The notes under the pieces: model-generated
What the model saw: only the letters and a program-made list of their open reading frames with translations
What the model was told of the DNA's origin: nothing
Databases searched by the model: none
In this document: in pieces, positions 26,166-37,694 of the stretch
Numbering within the stretch: position 1 is the first letter of the stretch
Layout of the letters: each line of letters opens with the position of its first letter
From: Octopus sinensis
Taxonomy: Eukaryota
NCBI RefSeq assembly: GCF_006345805.1
Contig: NC_043011.1
Location: forward strand, 6,820,001 to 6,884,000
DNA: 64,000 bases
Direction: 5' to 3'
Position numbers and translations under genes: made by a program

Positions 26166-27305
26166 ACGCGTTACTTTATCTTCTGAAATGCCAAGTAATA
26201 ACAAAAAAAGTGCGCCAGCTCGTCCTCCTATGACACATTCCGTCCGGGGATCAACCTTAACTTTTATCCCTTTCGGGGGAGATAAAATGAATACCAGTTG
26301 TACACTTGGGGTGTCGCTTCCTCGACATTTCTGGGACGGACTTCTGCTTTAAGCATGCCATAGAACTTTTTTATTTTTTATTTTTTAGAATTTTCAAAAA
26401 ATGTTTGCGAATTTGTTTTCTATACACAAGAATTCATGCGACTAGGAAAAATAATATTTTTTCTTTTGTTTTTTGTTTTTTCGAAAGTCCACCGTTTCTG
26501 GTCTTGTGACAAAATTTGAAACCAAGGGCAACCTGTGTGCGTGGACATGCCCTGATATCACGCGAACCAACCTTTCTGGCTCAAGGGGAGTTTTGGTGGG
26601 TATGGAGTTACTCTTGAGTCACCACTAATACTCCTCACTCTGACCCAGGGTACTAGCCCTTGTGTAGGGCACCAGTTAGAGCAGACATTCCTATGGTTAA
26701 GGGATACAGGACTCGGGAGAAGGCAGACGCCTAAGACACGTGTCAAACAGGACCATCGGTGGGTGGATATGCCTAGATGAAACAAAACCCCTACTTAGGA
26801 TTGAAATAGGCCCTGTGTCTCAAGGATAAGACTTTGGAATTGTAGGAGACTAACCGGGTGGACTATAAACAAACTGGCGGGTGAGGTACCAGGGTGGAAG
26901 TTTTTTCGTGGGTGTTCGAGGTGCTAGAGACAGCAGCTAAGTCTAACTCTGAATCATACGCTGTCGTCTCAAAACAGGAAGGGAGTGAATTGAAAATACG
27001 GACCTTAAAATAGGAAAAGACAAAAGGCAAAGCTGACCGCTGCTTGAATAGAGTTTGTTTTATAAGTCAGGGTCACTGGGAGGTAACCTGGGGTTAAACT
27101 GCAGCAGCATCACCACCATCACCATTATCACTTCTCCCATCACCACCCCTATCAGCATTGCCACCACCACCACCATCTCTACCACCATCACCACAATCTC
27201 TACCATTATCATGACCACCGCAGCCGCCTCTGCCATCGCTACAATCAGCCTCACCACCACCACCACCACCATTATCATCGTTGTTATCCTCATCACCAAC
27301 AAAAA

Positions 27306-27337
<32 letters not shown>

Positions 27338-27437
27338 TCACCATTATCATTATCATTACTACCACCACCACCACCACCACCACTACTACGACGGACAACA
27401 GCAAAAAAAAAGGAGATAAGCAACAATTCTAATCGCC

Positions 27438-27702
27438 ATGACGTCATTTGTGAACTCCAGACACGCTGACATCTTAATCTGTTTCTTTCTGCACCACAAG
27501 GTATTAGATCCCAACCACCACCATCACCACCGCCACCACCACCATTACCACCGCCGCCACCACCTCCATTGTTAATCCCCCCCCCGCCAACTCTGTGCCT
27601 CTGATAAAGGATACAAAATGTCACCCATCGACGTCAGACGCTAAGACGGTGATGACGTCACAGGACGGCCAAATACTTTTTTTTTTCTCTTTTCATTCAG
27701 TT
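27438..27702. promoter_or_regulatory. Candidate CRE cluster with Inr-like motif
   Basis: Full TGACGTCA at 27439-27446 and 27653-27660, CGACGTCA at 27629-27636, TCATTCAGTT at ~27692-27702. Unique, CpG-retaining sequence. Confidence 0.35.
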
Positions 27703-27788
27703 TCGCTTCACAACTTTTCGGGAGGTCAACACGTTCCGCGCATTCTTTTCCTCCTTTTCTCCCTCCCTCCCCATCTCTCTCTCCCTCT

Positions 27789-27829
<41 letters not shown>

Positions 27830-28199
27830 TTCTTTTATTTCCTAGCGTGGAGTGGGGTAGGATAGAGGGTGGGGGTTAATAAACTGGCCAAAGAAGTGGG
27901 AGGAGGGGTGGTCACCACGCTCAAACATACATATATGTTTGTGTGTGTACATACGTTTACACACACACACACATACAACAGGCTTCTACGTAGTTTCCGC
28001 CTGCCAGATTCACTTAGAAGACATAACTCAGCCCGGCGATATAGTAGACGACACTTGTCCAAGGTGCCGCGTAGTGGGATTGAACCTGAGGCCACGTAGT
28101 TGGAAAGAGAGCTTCAAACCGAGTTTTTTGTCTTTGTCGTTTTTTTTTCCTTTTCTTTTTGTTTTGGTTTCGAGGGTTGTTGTTTAGCTTTAGGCCCAA

Positions 28200-28820
28200 G
28201 GCAATATCCTTTTCTACTCTTGGCACAAGGCCCGAAATTTGGGGGGAGGGGGCCAGTCGATTAGATCGACCCCAATACGCAATTGATACTTAATTTATCG
28301 ACCCCGAAAGGATGAAAGGCAAAGTCGACCTCAGCGGAATTTGAACTCAGAACATCAAGGCAGACGGAATACCTATTTCTTTACTACACACAAGGGGCTA
28401 ACACAGAGGAGACTAACAAGGACAGACAAACAGATTAAGTCGATTATATCGACCCCAGTGTGTAACTGGTACTTATTTAATCGATCCCGAAAGGATGAAA
28501 GGCAAAGTCGACCTCGGCGGAATTTGAACTCAGAACGTAGCGGCAGACGAAATACTGCTAAGCATTTCGCCCGGTGTGCTAACGTTTCTTATTTCTTTAT
28601 TGCCCACAAGGGGCTAAGCATAGAGGGGACAAACAAGGACAGACAAACGGATTAAGTCGATTACATCGACCTCCAGTGCGTAACTGGTACTTAATTTATC
28701 GACCCTGAAAGGATGAAAAGTAAAGTCGACCTCGGCGGAATTTGAACACAGAACGTAGCGGCAGATGAAATGCCACTAAGCAATTCGCCCGGCGTGCTAA
28801 CGTTTCTGCCAGCTCGCCCC
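28200..28820 (-). mobile_element. Head-to-tail array of three family B SINE units
   Basis: Junctions at ~28585 and ~28372; the last unit has tail-2. Confidence 0.85.
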
Positions 28821-30256
28821 TTAGGCCCAGGGCAATATAGATATAACAGACCTGGCGGCGAGCTGGCAGAGTCGTTAGCACGATGGACAAAATGTTTAGC
28901 GGCAATTCGTCTGTCTTTACGTTCCGGGTTCAAATTCCGCCAATTTTGAGTTTACATTTCATTGTTTCGGAGTCGACAATAAAAATGCCAGTTGAGCACT
29001 GGGGTCGTTGTAATCGACTTGCCTACTTTTAAGGGCTTAGAAAAACCGAAGGACCACTGCAATAAGTGTATGAATCAGAGGAGGGAACATGTTGAAACCT
29101 AATTCTCTGATCCTCTTGTATTTTCTTTTACCCAAGTCAGGAACTTTTCAGGATACCCTCTTGGCTGTGTGGTAAGAAGTTTGCTTCCCAACCACATGGT
29201 TCTGGGTTCAGTCCCACTGTGTGGCATCTCGGGCAAGTGTCTTCTATTATAGCCTCGGGTCGACCATAGGTAGACGGAAACTGAAAGAAGCCCGTTGTAT
29301 ATATATTTTCATGAGTGTATATAACTTCATGTATATATATATTCATGAGTACATATAACTTCCACTATTTTCCATCCAGTAGGTTGTTTAAACCCAATAT
29401 TCTGTTATCTATAGCTTTATCAACTTCGAGTTCCACTATTAAAAACTATATATTTCATATCTCTCGAAGTTACTAAAATTCTTATAATGCAAGCACAAGC
29501 AAACAAACCCATACATATCAACACATCTACGTATGTGTTTGCGGGCATTTAGGTCCTCAACTACTGGTGGATTTAAAGGGCCCACTCCTGCCTCCAAGTC
29601 TGGCAGTAGATTTTTTTCTAGAAGAAAGAGAAGAAGGAGACGCAAAAAAAAAACAAAACTCCACAACTGAATTCGTACATAATTTATTGATCCCCCAAAA
29701 AATGGGAGAGAAAGTTCGCCTCGGCAAGATTTGAACAGAGGAAGTAAGGACATGAAAGAAACCTATGCTACATCTCATTCTTTCCGATGCTCCAACGACT
29801 CACCTAATTCGCGTTCGATATATGGCGCATTGACGTAGTGACTTTATTCACGGACAACGCCGGGTATCTTTCTTGCATCGTATTAAAAGTAGAACAGCGG
29901 AAGAGATGCTTCTTACATTATTCTTATTCCTCTCCTATCTTTTATCTACGTTTTCCATCGTATGATATGTGTGTGCGTATGAGCACACACACACACACAT
30001 ATAGATATATATGCATCTGTGTTGCGATTGCGTGCACATACATATGCATGTATACATGCATAAGTGTAGAATGCATTAAATACTACAAAACATACTGATT
30101 TTTTTTAAATGGCGGTGCCCCAGCATGGCCACGGCTCGTGAGCTGAAACTAGATAAAATTAAAAAAATAAATAATTAAAAAATAAATATACACGTTGGAC
30201 AGACACCGGAACCCTAATACTTCATCAGTTATCGGCCGAAAAATGCTAATACATAC

Positions 30257-30296
<40 letters not shown>

Positions 30297-30577
30297 TGTG
30301 TGTGTGGACGAGCTGGCAGAAACGTTAGCGCGCCGGGCGAAATGCCTAGCGGTATTTCGTCTGTCGTTACGTTCTGAGTTCAAATTCCACCGAGGTCGAC
30401 TTGGCCTTTCATTCTTTCAGGGCCGTTTAAATAAGTACCAGTTATGACTGGGGTCGCTGTTATCGACTTAATCCCATTGCTTGTCCTCCCTTTGTTTAGC
30501 AGCCCCCTGTGAGCAATAATGAAATATATATATGTATACATACATACATACATATATGTATATATATATATATATAT

Positions 30578-30620
<43 letters not shown>

Positions 30621-30706
30621 TATATATTATATATATATATATATTATAATATAATTGGTGAATTGAAGAAATGGAGCTGAACGACAGATTGAACAGAATC
30701 GTTTTA

Positions 30707-30794
30707 TTTCATTCTACACGTGTTTCGAAAGGCACAATTTACCAAAATCCGATGAATAATGAGACCATATTGTGTCTTTCTCTTCAGGAAGCAA
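30707..30794 (-). ncRNA. Type I hammerhead ribozyme (family 2), copy 1
   Basis: CTTC-CTGAAGA-GAAAGACACAA...TTGTGCCTTTC-GAAA-C-ACGT-G-TA|GAATGAAA. Predicted GUA cleavage between 30715 and 30714. Confidence 0.8.
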
Positions 30795-30985
30795 TAGGAA
30801 ATCCGTTGGGGGGAAAAACAAAAAAACAGAACAATTATCCGCACCAACGCACGGTTGCAACACCATATGGTTGTACCTCCAACCGTGCTGTTTTCTCTGC
30901 TGTATTTTTTGCTACCAAGGTATCGGTTAAAACTTTTGATTAATCTCTACAAGATTATTCATCTTTCTATTTCACATATAGATAG

Positions 30986-31019
<34 letters not shown>

Positions 31020-31286
31020 ATTAGTATATATTATATAATATATATCTATATTATATAATATATTATAGATATATATATATTATGTGAAATAAAAGATGAA
31101 TAATCTGTAGTAGATTAATCAAAAGTTAACCGATACCTTAGTAGCAAAAATCACAGCAGTAAACAGCACGGTTGAGGTACAACCATTGGCGTTGCAACCG
31201 TGCGTTGGTGCGGATAATTGAAATTAAAACATTATTGGTGAATTGAAGAAATGGAGCTGAACGCAGATTGAACAGAAATCGTTTTA

Positions 31287-31378
31287 TTTCATTCTACACG
31301 TGTGTTTTCGAAAGGCACAAATTACCAAAATCCGATTGAATAATGGGACCATATTGTGTCTTTCTCTTCAGGAAGAAA
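31287..31378 (-). ncRNA. Type I hammerhead ribozyme (family 2), copy 2, stem III with a 3-nt insertion
   Basis: Same motif, but reads GAAAACACACGTGTA. Cleavage position 31295/31294. Confidence 0.55.
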
Positions 31379-31866
31379 TAGGAATCCGTTGGAAAAAAAA
31401 ACAAAAACAGAACAATTATCCGCACCAACGCACGGTTGCAACCCATATGGTTGTACCTCCAACCGTGCTGTTTTCTGCTGCTGGATTTTTGCTACCAAGG
31501 TATCGGTTAAAACTTTTGATTAATCTGCTACAAGATTATTCATCTTTCTATTTCACATAATATATATATATATATATATATATCATATATATATATATAT
31601 ATCTATATATATCTATATATATCTATATATATATATATATATATTATAATATATATATAATATGTGAAATAGAAAGATGAATAATCTTGTAATAATTAAT
31701 CAAAAGTTAACCGATACCTTAGTAGCAAAAATCACAGCAGTACAGCACGGTTGGAGGTACAACCATCTGGCGTTGCAACCGTGCGTTGGTGCGGATAATT
31801 GAAATTAAAACATTTTGGTGAATTGAAGAAATGGAGCTGAACGCAGATTGAACAGAAATCGTTTTA

Positions 31867-31954
31867 TTTCATTCTACACGTGTTTCGAAAGGCACAAATT
31901 ACCAAAATCCGATGAATAATGGGACCATATTGTGTCTTTCTCTTCAGAAGAAAA
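31867..31954 (-). ncRNA. Type I hammerhead ribozyme (family 2), copy 3
   Basis: Intact core CTGAAGA and GAAAC-ACGT-GTA. Cleavage 31875/31874. Confidence 0.75.
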
Positions 31955-32137
31955 AAGGAAATCCGTTGGAAAAACAAAAACAGACAGAGGCGGAGCAAAA
32001 AACAAATCGAACTGTGCTCCTAAGAGCCCATGGCGAAGTTTCGCCATGGGAAGTTTCGCCATGGGCTCTAGGACACAGTTCGATTTGTTTTTTGCTCCGC
32101 CTCTGTTCTGTTTTTGTTTTTCCAACGGATTTCCTTT

Positions 32138-32224
32138 TTTCTTCCTGAAGAGAAAGACACAATATGGTCCCATTATTCAATCGGATTTTGGTTTTGTGCC
32201 TTTCGAAACACGTGTAGAATGAAA
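32138..32224 (+). ncRNA. Type I hammerhead ribozyme (family 2), copy 4, opposite polarity
   Basis: TTTCTTC-CTGAAGA(32145-32151)-GAAAGACACAA..TTGTGCCTTTC-GAAA(32205-32208)-C-ACGT-G-TA|GAATGAAA. Cleavage 32216/32217. Confidence 0.85.
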
Positions 32225-32272
32225 TAAACGATTTCTGTTTCAATCTGCGTTCAGCTCTCATTCTCAATTCAC

Positions 32273-32314
<42 letters not shown>

Positions 32315-32347
32315 GTGTGTATATATATGTATATAATATATATATAG

Positions 32348-32440
<93 letters not shown>

Positions 32441-32441
32441 G

Positions 32442-32478
<37 letters not shown>

Positions 32479-32704
32479 GTGTATATATATATGCATATAC
32501 ATAGACATATATTTGAATGCTCGAAATGGGAGTAGATAGACAGCCGACAACTGATGAAGGGTCGTTCTATCTGTTACTTGTTCTGTTTTCAATTTTTTTT
32601 CTCTCTCGTTGTTTTTGCGTATTTAGCTCGCTTCTTTTCGTATATCATGTTGTTTACAGTTAGTGACGTCCTGTACCCACATCTGCATATATATAATATA
32701 TATA

Positions 32705-32735
<31 letters not shown>

Positions 32736-32741
32736 AAATAT

Positions 32742-32782
<41 letters not shown>

Positions 32783-32840
32783 CATACATACATACATACA
32801 TACTTGCATACATACATACATACATACATACATACATACA

Positions 32841-32872
<32 letters not shown>

Positions 32873-33313
32873 AAGACAGACACAGGTGTGGCTGTGAGGT
32901 AAGAAGTTTGCTTGCAGACCACACGGCCCAGGGTTCAGTCCCACTCCTTGGCATCTTGGGCAAGTGTCTTCTACTATAGCCTCAGGTCGACCAAAGCCTT
33001 GTGAGTGGATTTGGTAGAGCGATACTGGAAGAAGCCCGTCGTATGTATTTGTGTGTCTCTGTTTGTCCCCCACCATCGCCTGGCAACAGTTGTTGGTGTG
33101 TTTGTGTTCCCCGTGGGCAAGCGGTTCGGCGAGAGAAACCGATAGAGTGGATGCTGGGCTTACAAAGAATAACTCCTGGGTCAATTTCTCCGTCTATAGG
33201 CGGTGCTCCAGCATGGGCGGACTGAAATGACTAATATATGTGTGTATATATGTATATATATATGAATATGCTTATATATATATATATATGAATATATGTA
33301 TGTATCTATATTT

Positions 33314-33358
<45 letters not shown>

Positions 33359-33822
33359 AATGGAGTTGAACGCACGTGGTATTCAAATTCTTTTACTTCC
33401 GACACATGTTTCGAAGATATCACTGGTATTATTCCAAAAGAATAAAATGGTGTAAAACATTCAGGGAAATGAAGAAATGAAACTCTATTTTTTTTCTGTG
33501 TTAATTGTTAACAAGGGAAAAATACACACAACTATTTGTATATATATGTAATATATAAATATTATAATATATATATATTATATATAAAGGGAAAGTTTAC
33601 GAAAATAAACAAAAGACGAAGGCAGGTGGAGTACAAAGAATATGTATTAGTATAGCGCTCAGGAATAAAAAAGACATAGCTATACGGATGTGGGTGGTTA
33701 TCTGGAGGTCATTCTTATCTCTAATGAGGCAATGTTCTAAAAATATAGAAATCAAGTTAAATTTACACAAAAGCATATTAAAAATAGAAAAAAGAAAAAG
33801 TATATCACCAATCACCATCCCT

Positions 33823-33853
<31 letters not shown>

Positions 33854-33855
33854 AA

Positions 33856-33891
<36 letters not shown>

Positions 33892-34133
33892 CGTATCTGT
33901 GTGTGTGCGTGTATTGGTTCCAAATTTGGTGGGTGGGGCAAGTCGATTGCATTGCCCAACTGATACTTATTTTATCGACCCCGAAATAATGAAAGGCAAG
34001 TCAATTTCGGTGGAAATTTGAACTCAGAACATAAAGACGGACGAAATGCCGCTCCGCATTTTGACCGGCCCCGCCGTAACGAATCTATCAGCTCGCCGCC
34101 TCGTGTATGTATATGTTTGTTTTAAATGTATGT

Positions 34134-34180
<47 letters not shown>

Positions 34181-34239
34181 CACACACCCACATATTATAT
34201 ATATAATAATAATATATATATATATTACACACACACAAT

Positions 34240-34330
<91 letters not shown>

Positions 34331-34336
34331 TGACAA

Positions 34337-34397
<61 letters not shown>

Positions 34398-34428
34398 GTT
34401 AAACGCAGATGTTATTCAAATTCTTTTA

Positions 34429-34516
34429 CTTCCGACATATGTTTCGAAGACAACATTGGTATTATTCAAGAAGGAATAATATGGCGTAAAACAATGCAAT
34501 CTTCTCATCAGGGAAA
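34429..34516 (-). ncRNA. Type I hammerhead ribozyme (family 1), complete
   Basis: TTTCC-CTGATGA-GAAGATTGCATT...AATGTTGTCTTC-GAAA-C-ATAT-G-TC|GGAAG. 5-bp stem I, canonical G10.1-C11.1 pair, GUC triplet, ACATATGT palindrome. Cleavage 34434/34433. Confidence 0.85.
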
Positions 34517-34519
34517 GAA

Positions 34520-35791
34520 AGAAGCCAAACAAACACACCAATAAGACATTTTAACAGAATGTGATGACTGCGTATAATGATGTAGGGAACGCTATCAAGT
34601 TTCTTTTTTAAAAATACCGTTAGTAGATATAACGTCAAAGGTAGTTTATAGAAAGAGAAGGGGGAAGAAAGAAAGAAATTAGCAGAAAACTAATAGTGGA
34701 GAGATATCGAGCGATAAGTGAATTAGAATAAGTAGATATATTTAGTGGAAGTGCAATGTAAGAAGACAGTCAAATGTCGAATTTTATAGAATGTGTTTCA
34801 TGAGTGATAGTCTATTCTTTGTTTGATTTACGGTGTGAGCGCGAACGCAGGCCCCACATTTAGAAATAGCGCATCCGAGTCGCTCACATTTGGGGCGATC
34901 CAAGGTCAATAATACCAATGTTGTCTCGAAACATATGTCGGAAGTAAAAAATTGAATACACCTGCGTTTAACTCCATTTATTTATTTATCTAGATACAAA
35001 ACGTTTCACCCAACCTGGATTCCCCCTTTATAATAGGCTGTTACATCCTTGTTTGTTACTTGTCTGAATTTTGCTACCCTGGTACCTATTTATTATTTTT
35101 TTTCTTTCCCTGTTTATTTATTAACATTGAAAAACACACATACATTTAATGTGTATATTATATATATAAATATATTATATATATATAGTATATATATATA
35201 TATATATATATCACCGTGATCCCCGTGACCGACCAGGCTATCAGATGTTGTTACACATCGCTGGTCACAATGAGCTTCGCATGTTTTAGCCTTGAAATGA
35301 CGCCACCCCGCTGGCTAAGCGAGCAGGCCAACAGTAGAAAGAGTGAGAGAAAGTTGTGGCGAAAGAGTACAGCAAGGATCGCCACCACCACCCTGTCGGA
35401 GACTCGTAGAGCTTTCGGTGTTTTCGCTCAATAAACACTCGCAACGCCCGGTCTGGGCTATTTAGAAATAGCGCATCCGAGTCGCCCATATTTGGGGCGA
35501 TCGCAAAGGTCAATAATACCAATGTTGTCTTCGAAACATATGTCGGAATTGCAAAAATTTGAATAACACCTGCGTTTAACTCCATTTATTTATTTATCTA
35601 GATACAAAACGTTTCACCCAAACCTGGATTTCCCCCCTTTATAAATAGGCTGTTACATCCTTGTTACTTGTCTGAATTTTTGCTACCCTGGTAACTATTT
35701 ATTTATTTTTTCCCTGCTATTTATTAACATTGGAAAAAACACGCATACATTTATATGTGTGTGTGTATATATATATATATATAATATATAT

Positions 35792-35823
<32 letters not shown>

Positions 35824-36362
35824 ACACCGTGACCCCGTGACCGACCAGGCTATCATATGTTGTTAAACATCGCTGGTCACAATGAGCTTCGCATTGTTTT
35901 AGCCTTGAAATGACGCCACCCCGCTGGCTAAGCGAGCATGCCAACAGTAGAAAGAGTGAGAGAAAGTTGTGGCGAAAGAGTACAGCAGGGATCGCCACCA
36001 CTGCCCTGTCGGAGATCGTGGAGCTTTCGGTGTTTTCGCTCAATAAACACTCGCAACGCCCGGTCTGGGCTATTTAGAAATAGCGCATCCGAGTCGCCCA
36101 TATTTGGGGCGATCGCAAAGGTCAATAATACCAATGTTGTCTTCGAAACATATGTCGGAATTGCAAAAATTTGAATAACACCTGCGTTTAACTCCATTTA
36201 TTATTTATCTAGATACAAAACGTTTCACCCAAACTGGAATTTCCCCCCTTTATATAGGCTGTTACACATCCTTGTTACTGTCTGAATTTTTGCTACCCTG
36301 GTAACTATTTATTATTTTTTCCCTGCTATTTATGAACATTGAAAAACACGCATACATTTATA

Positions 36363-36407
<45 letters not shown>

Positions 36408-36979
36408 TATATATATATAATATATATATATATCACCGTGATCCCCGTGACCGACCAGGCTATCAGATGTTGTTACACATCGCTGGTCACAATGAGCTTC
36501 GCATTGTTTTAGCCTTGAAATGACGCCACCCCGCTGGCTAAGCGAGCATGCCAACAGTAGAAAGAGTGAGAGAAAGTTGTGGCGAAAGAGTACAGCAGGG
36601 ATCGCCACCACTGCCCTGTCGGAGATCGTGGAGCTTTCGGTGTTTTCGCTCAATAAACACTCGCAACGCCCGGTCTGGGCTATTTAGAAATAGCGCATCC
36701 GAGTCGCCCACATTTGGGGCGATCGCAAAGGTCCAATAATACCAATGTTGTCTTCGAAACATTGTCGGAAGTAAAAAAATTTGAATAACACCTGCGTTTT
36801 AACTCACATTTATTTTATTCACTATATACAAAACGTTTCACTCAACCTGGATTTCCCCCCTTTATAAATAGGCTGTTACAATCCTTGTTTCTTGTCTGAA
36901 TTTTTGCTACTCTGTGACCAGCATGTGTAACAACATCTGATAGCGGTCAGTCACAGTGATCACGGTGATATATATAGAT

Positions 36980-37021
<42 letters not shown>

Positions 37022-37031
37022 ATATGTGTAT

Positions 37032-37073
<42 letters not shown>

Positions 37074-37694
37074 AATGTATGTGTTGTTTTTTCCAATGTT
37101 ATAAATACACTGAAAAAATAAATAAATAGTTACAGGGTAGCAAAAATTCAGACAAGTAACACGGATTGTAACAGCCTATTATAAAGGGGGGAAATCCAGG
37201 TTTGAGTGAAACGTTTTGTATCTAGATAAATAAATAAATGGAGTTAAACGCAGGTGTTATTCAATTTTTTTTACTTCCGACATATGTTTCGAAGACAACA
37301 TTGGTATTATTGACCTTTGCGATCGCCCCAAATGTGAGCGACTCGGATGCGCTATTTCTAAATGTGGGGCCTGCGTTCGCGCTCACACCGTAAATCAAAC
37401 AAAGAATAGACTATCACTCATGAAACACATCTATAAAATTCGACATTTGACTGTCTCTTACATTGCACTTCCACTATATTCTACATATTCTAATTCACTT
37501 ATCGCTCGATATCTCTCCACTATAGTTTTTCTGCTTTTCTTTCTTTCTTCCCCCTTCTCTTTCTATAAACTACCTTTGACGTTATATCTACTAACGGTAT
37601 TTTTAAAAAAGAAACTTGATAGCGTTCCCTTCATCATTATACGCAGTCATCAAATTCTGTTAAAATGTCTTATTGATGTGTTTGTTTGGCTTCT
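34520..37694. repeat. Complex rearrangement: ~750-bp inverted arms enclosing ~2.7 tandem units of ~610 bp
   Basis: 34520-35267 is the reverse complement of 36915-37694. Inner units start CACCGTGA at ~35212, 35825 and 36434. Each contains a family C SINE fragment, a half-hammerhead and (TA)n. Confidence 0.85.

Larger units (their letters stand above)
30655..32275. repeat. 580-bp tandem array with internal hairpins, ending in a ~460-bp palindrome
   Basis: Unit starts TTGGTGAATTGAAG at 30655, 31235 and 31815. Each full unit has ~145-bp inverted arms around (TA)n. 31815-32275 is self-complementary about ~32045. Confidence 0.9.
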
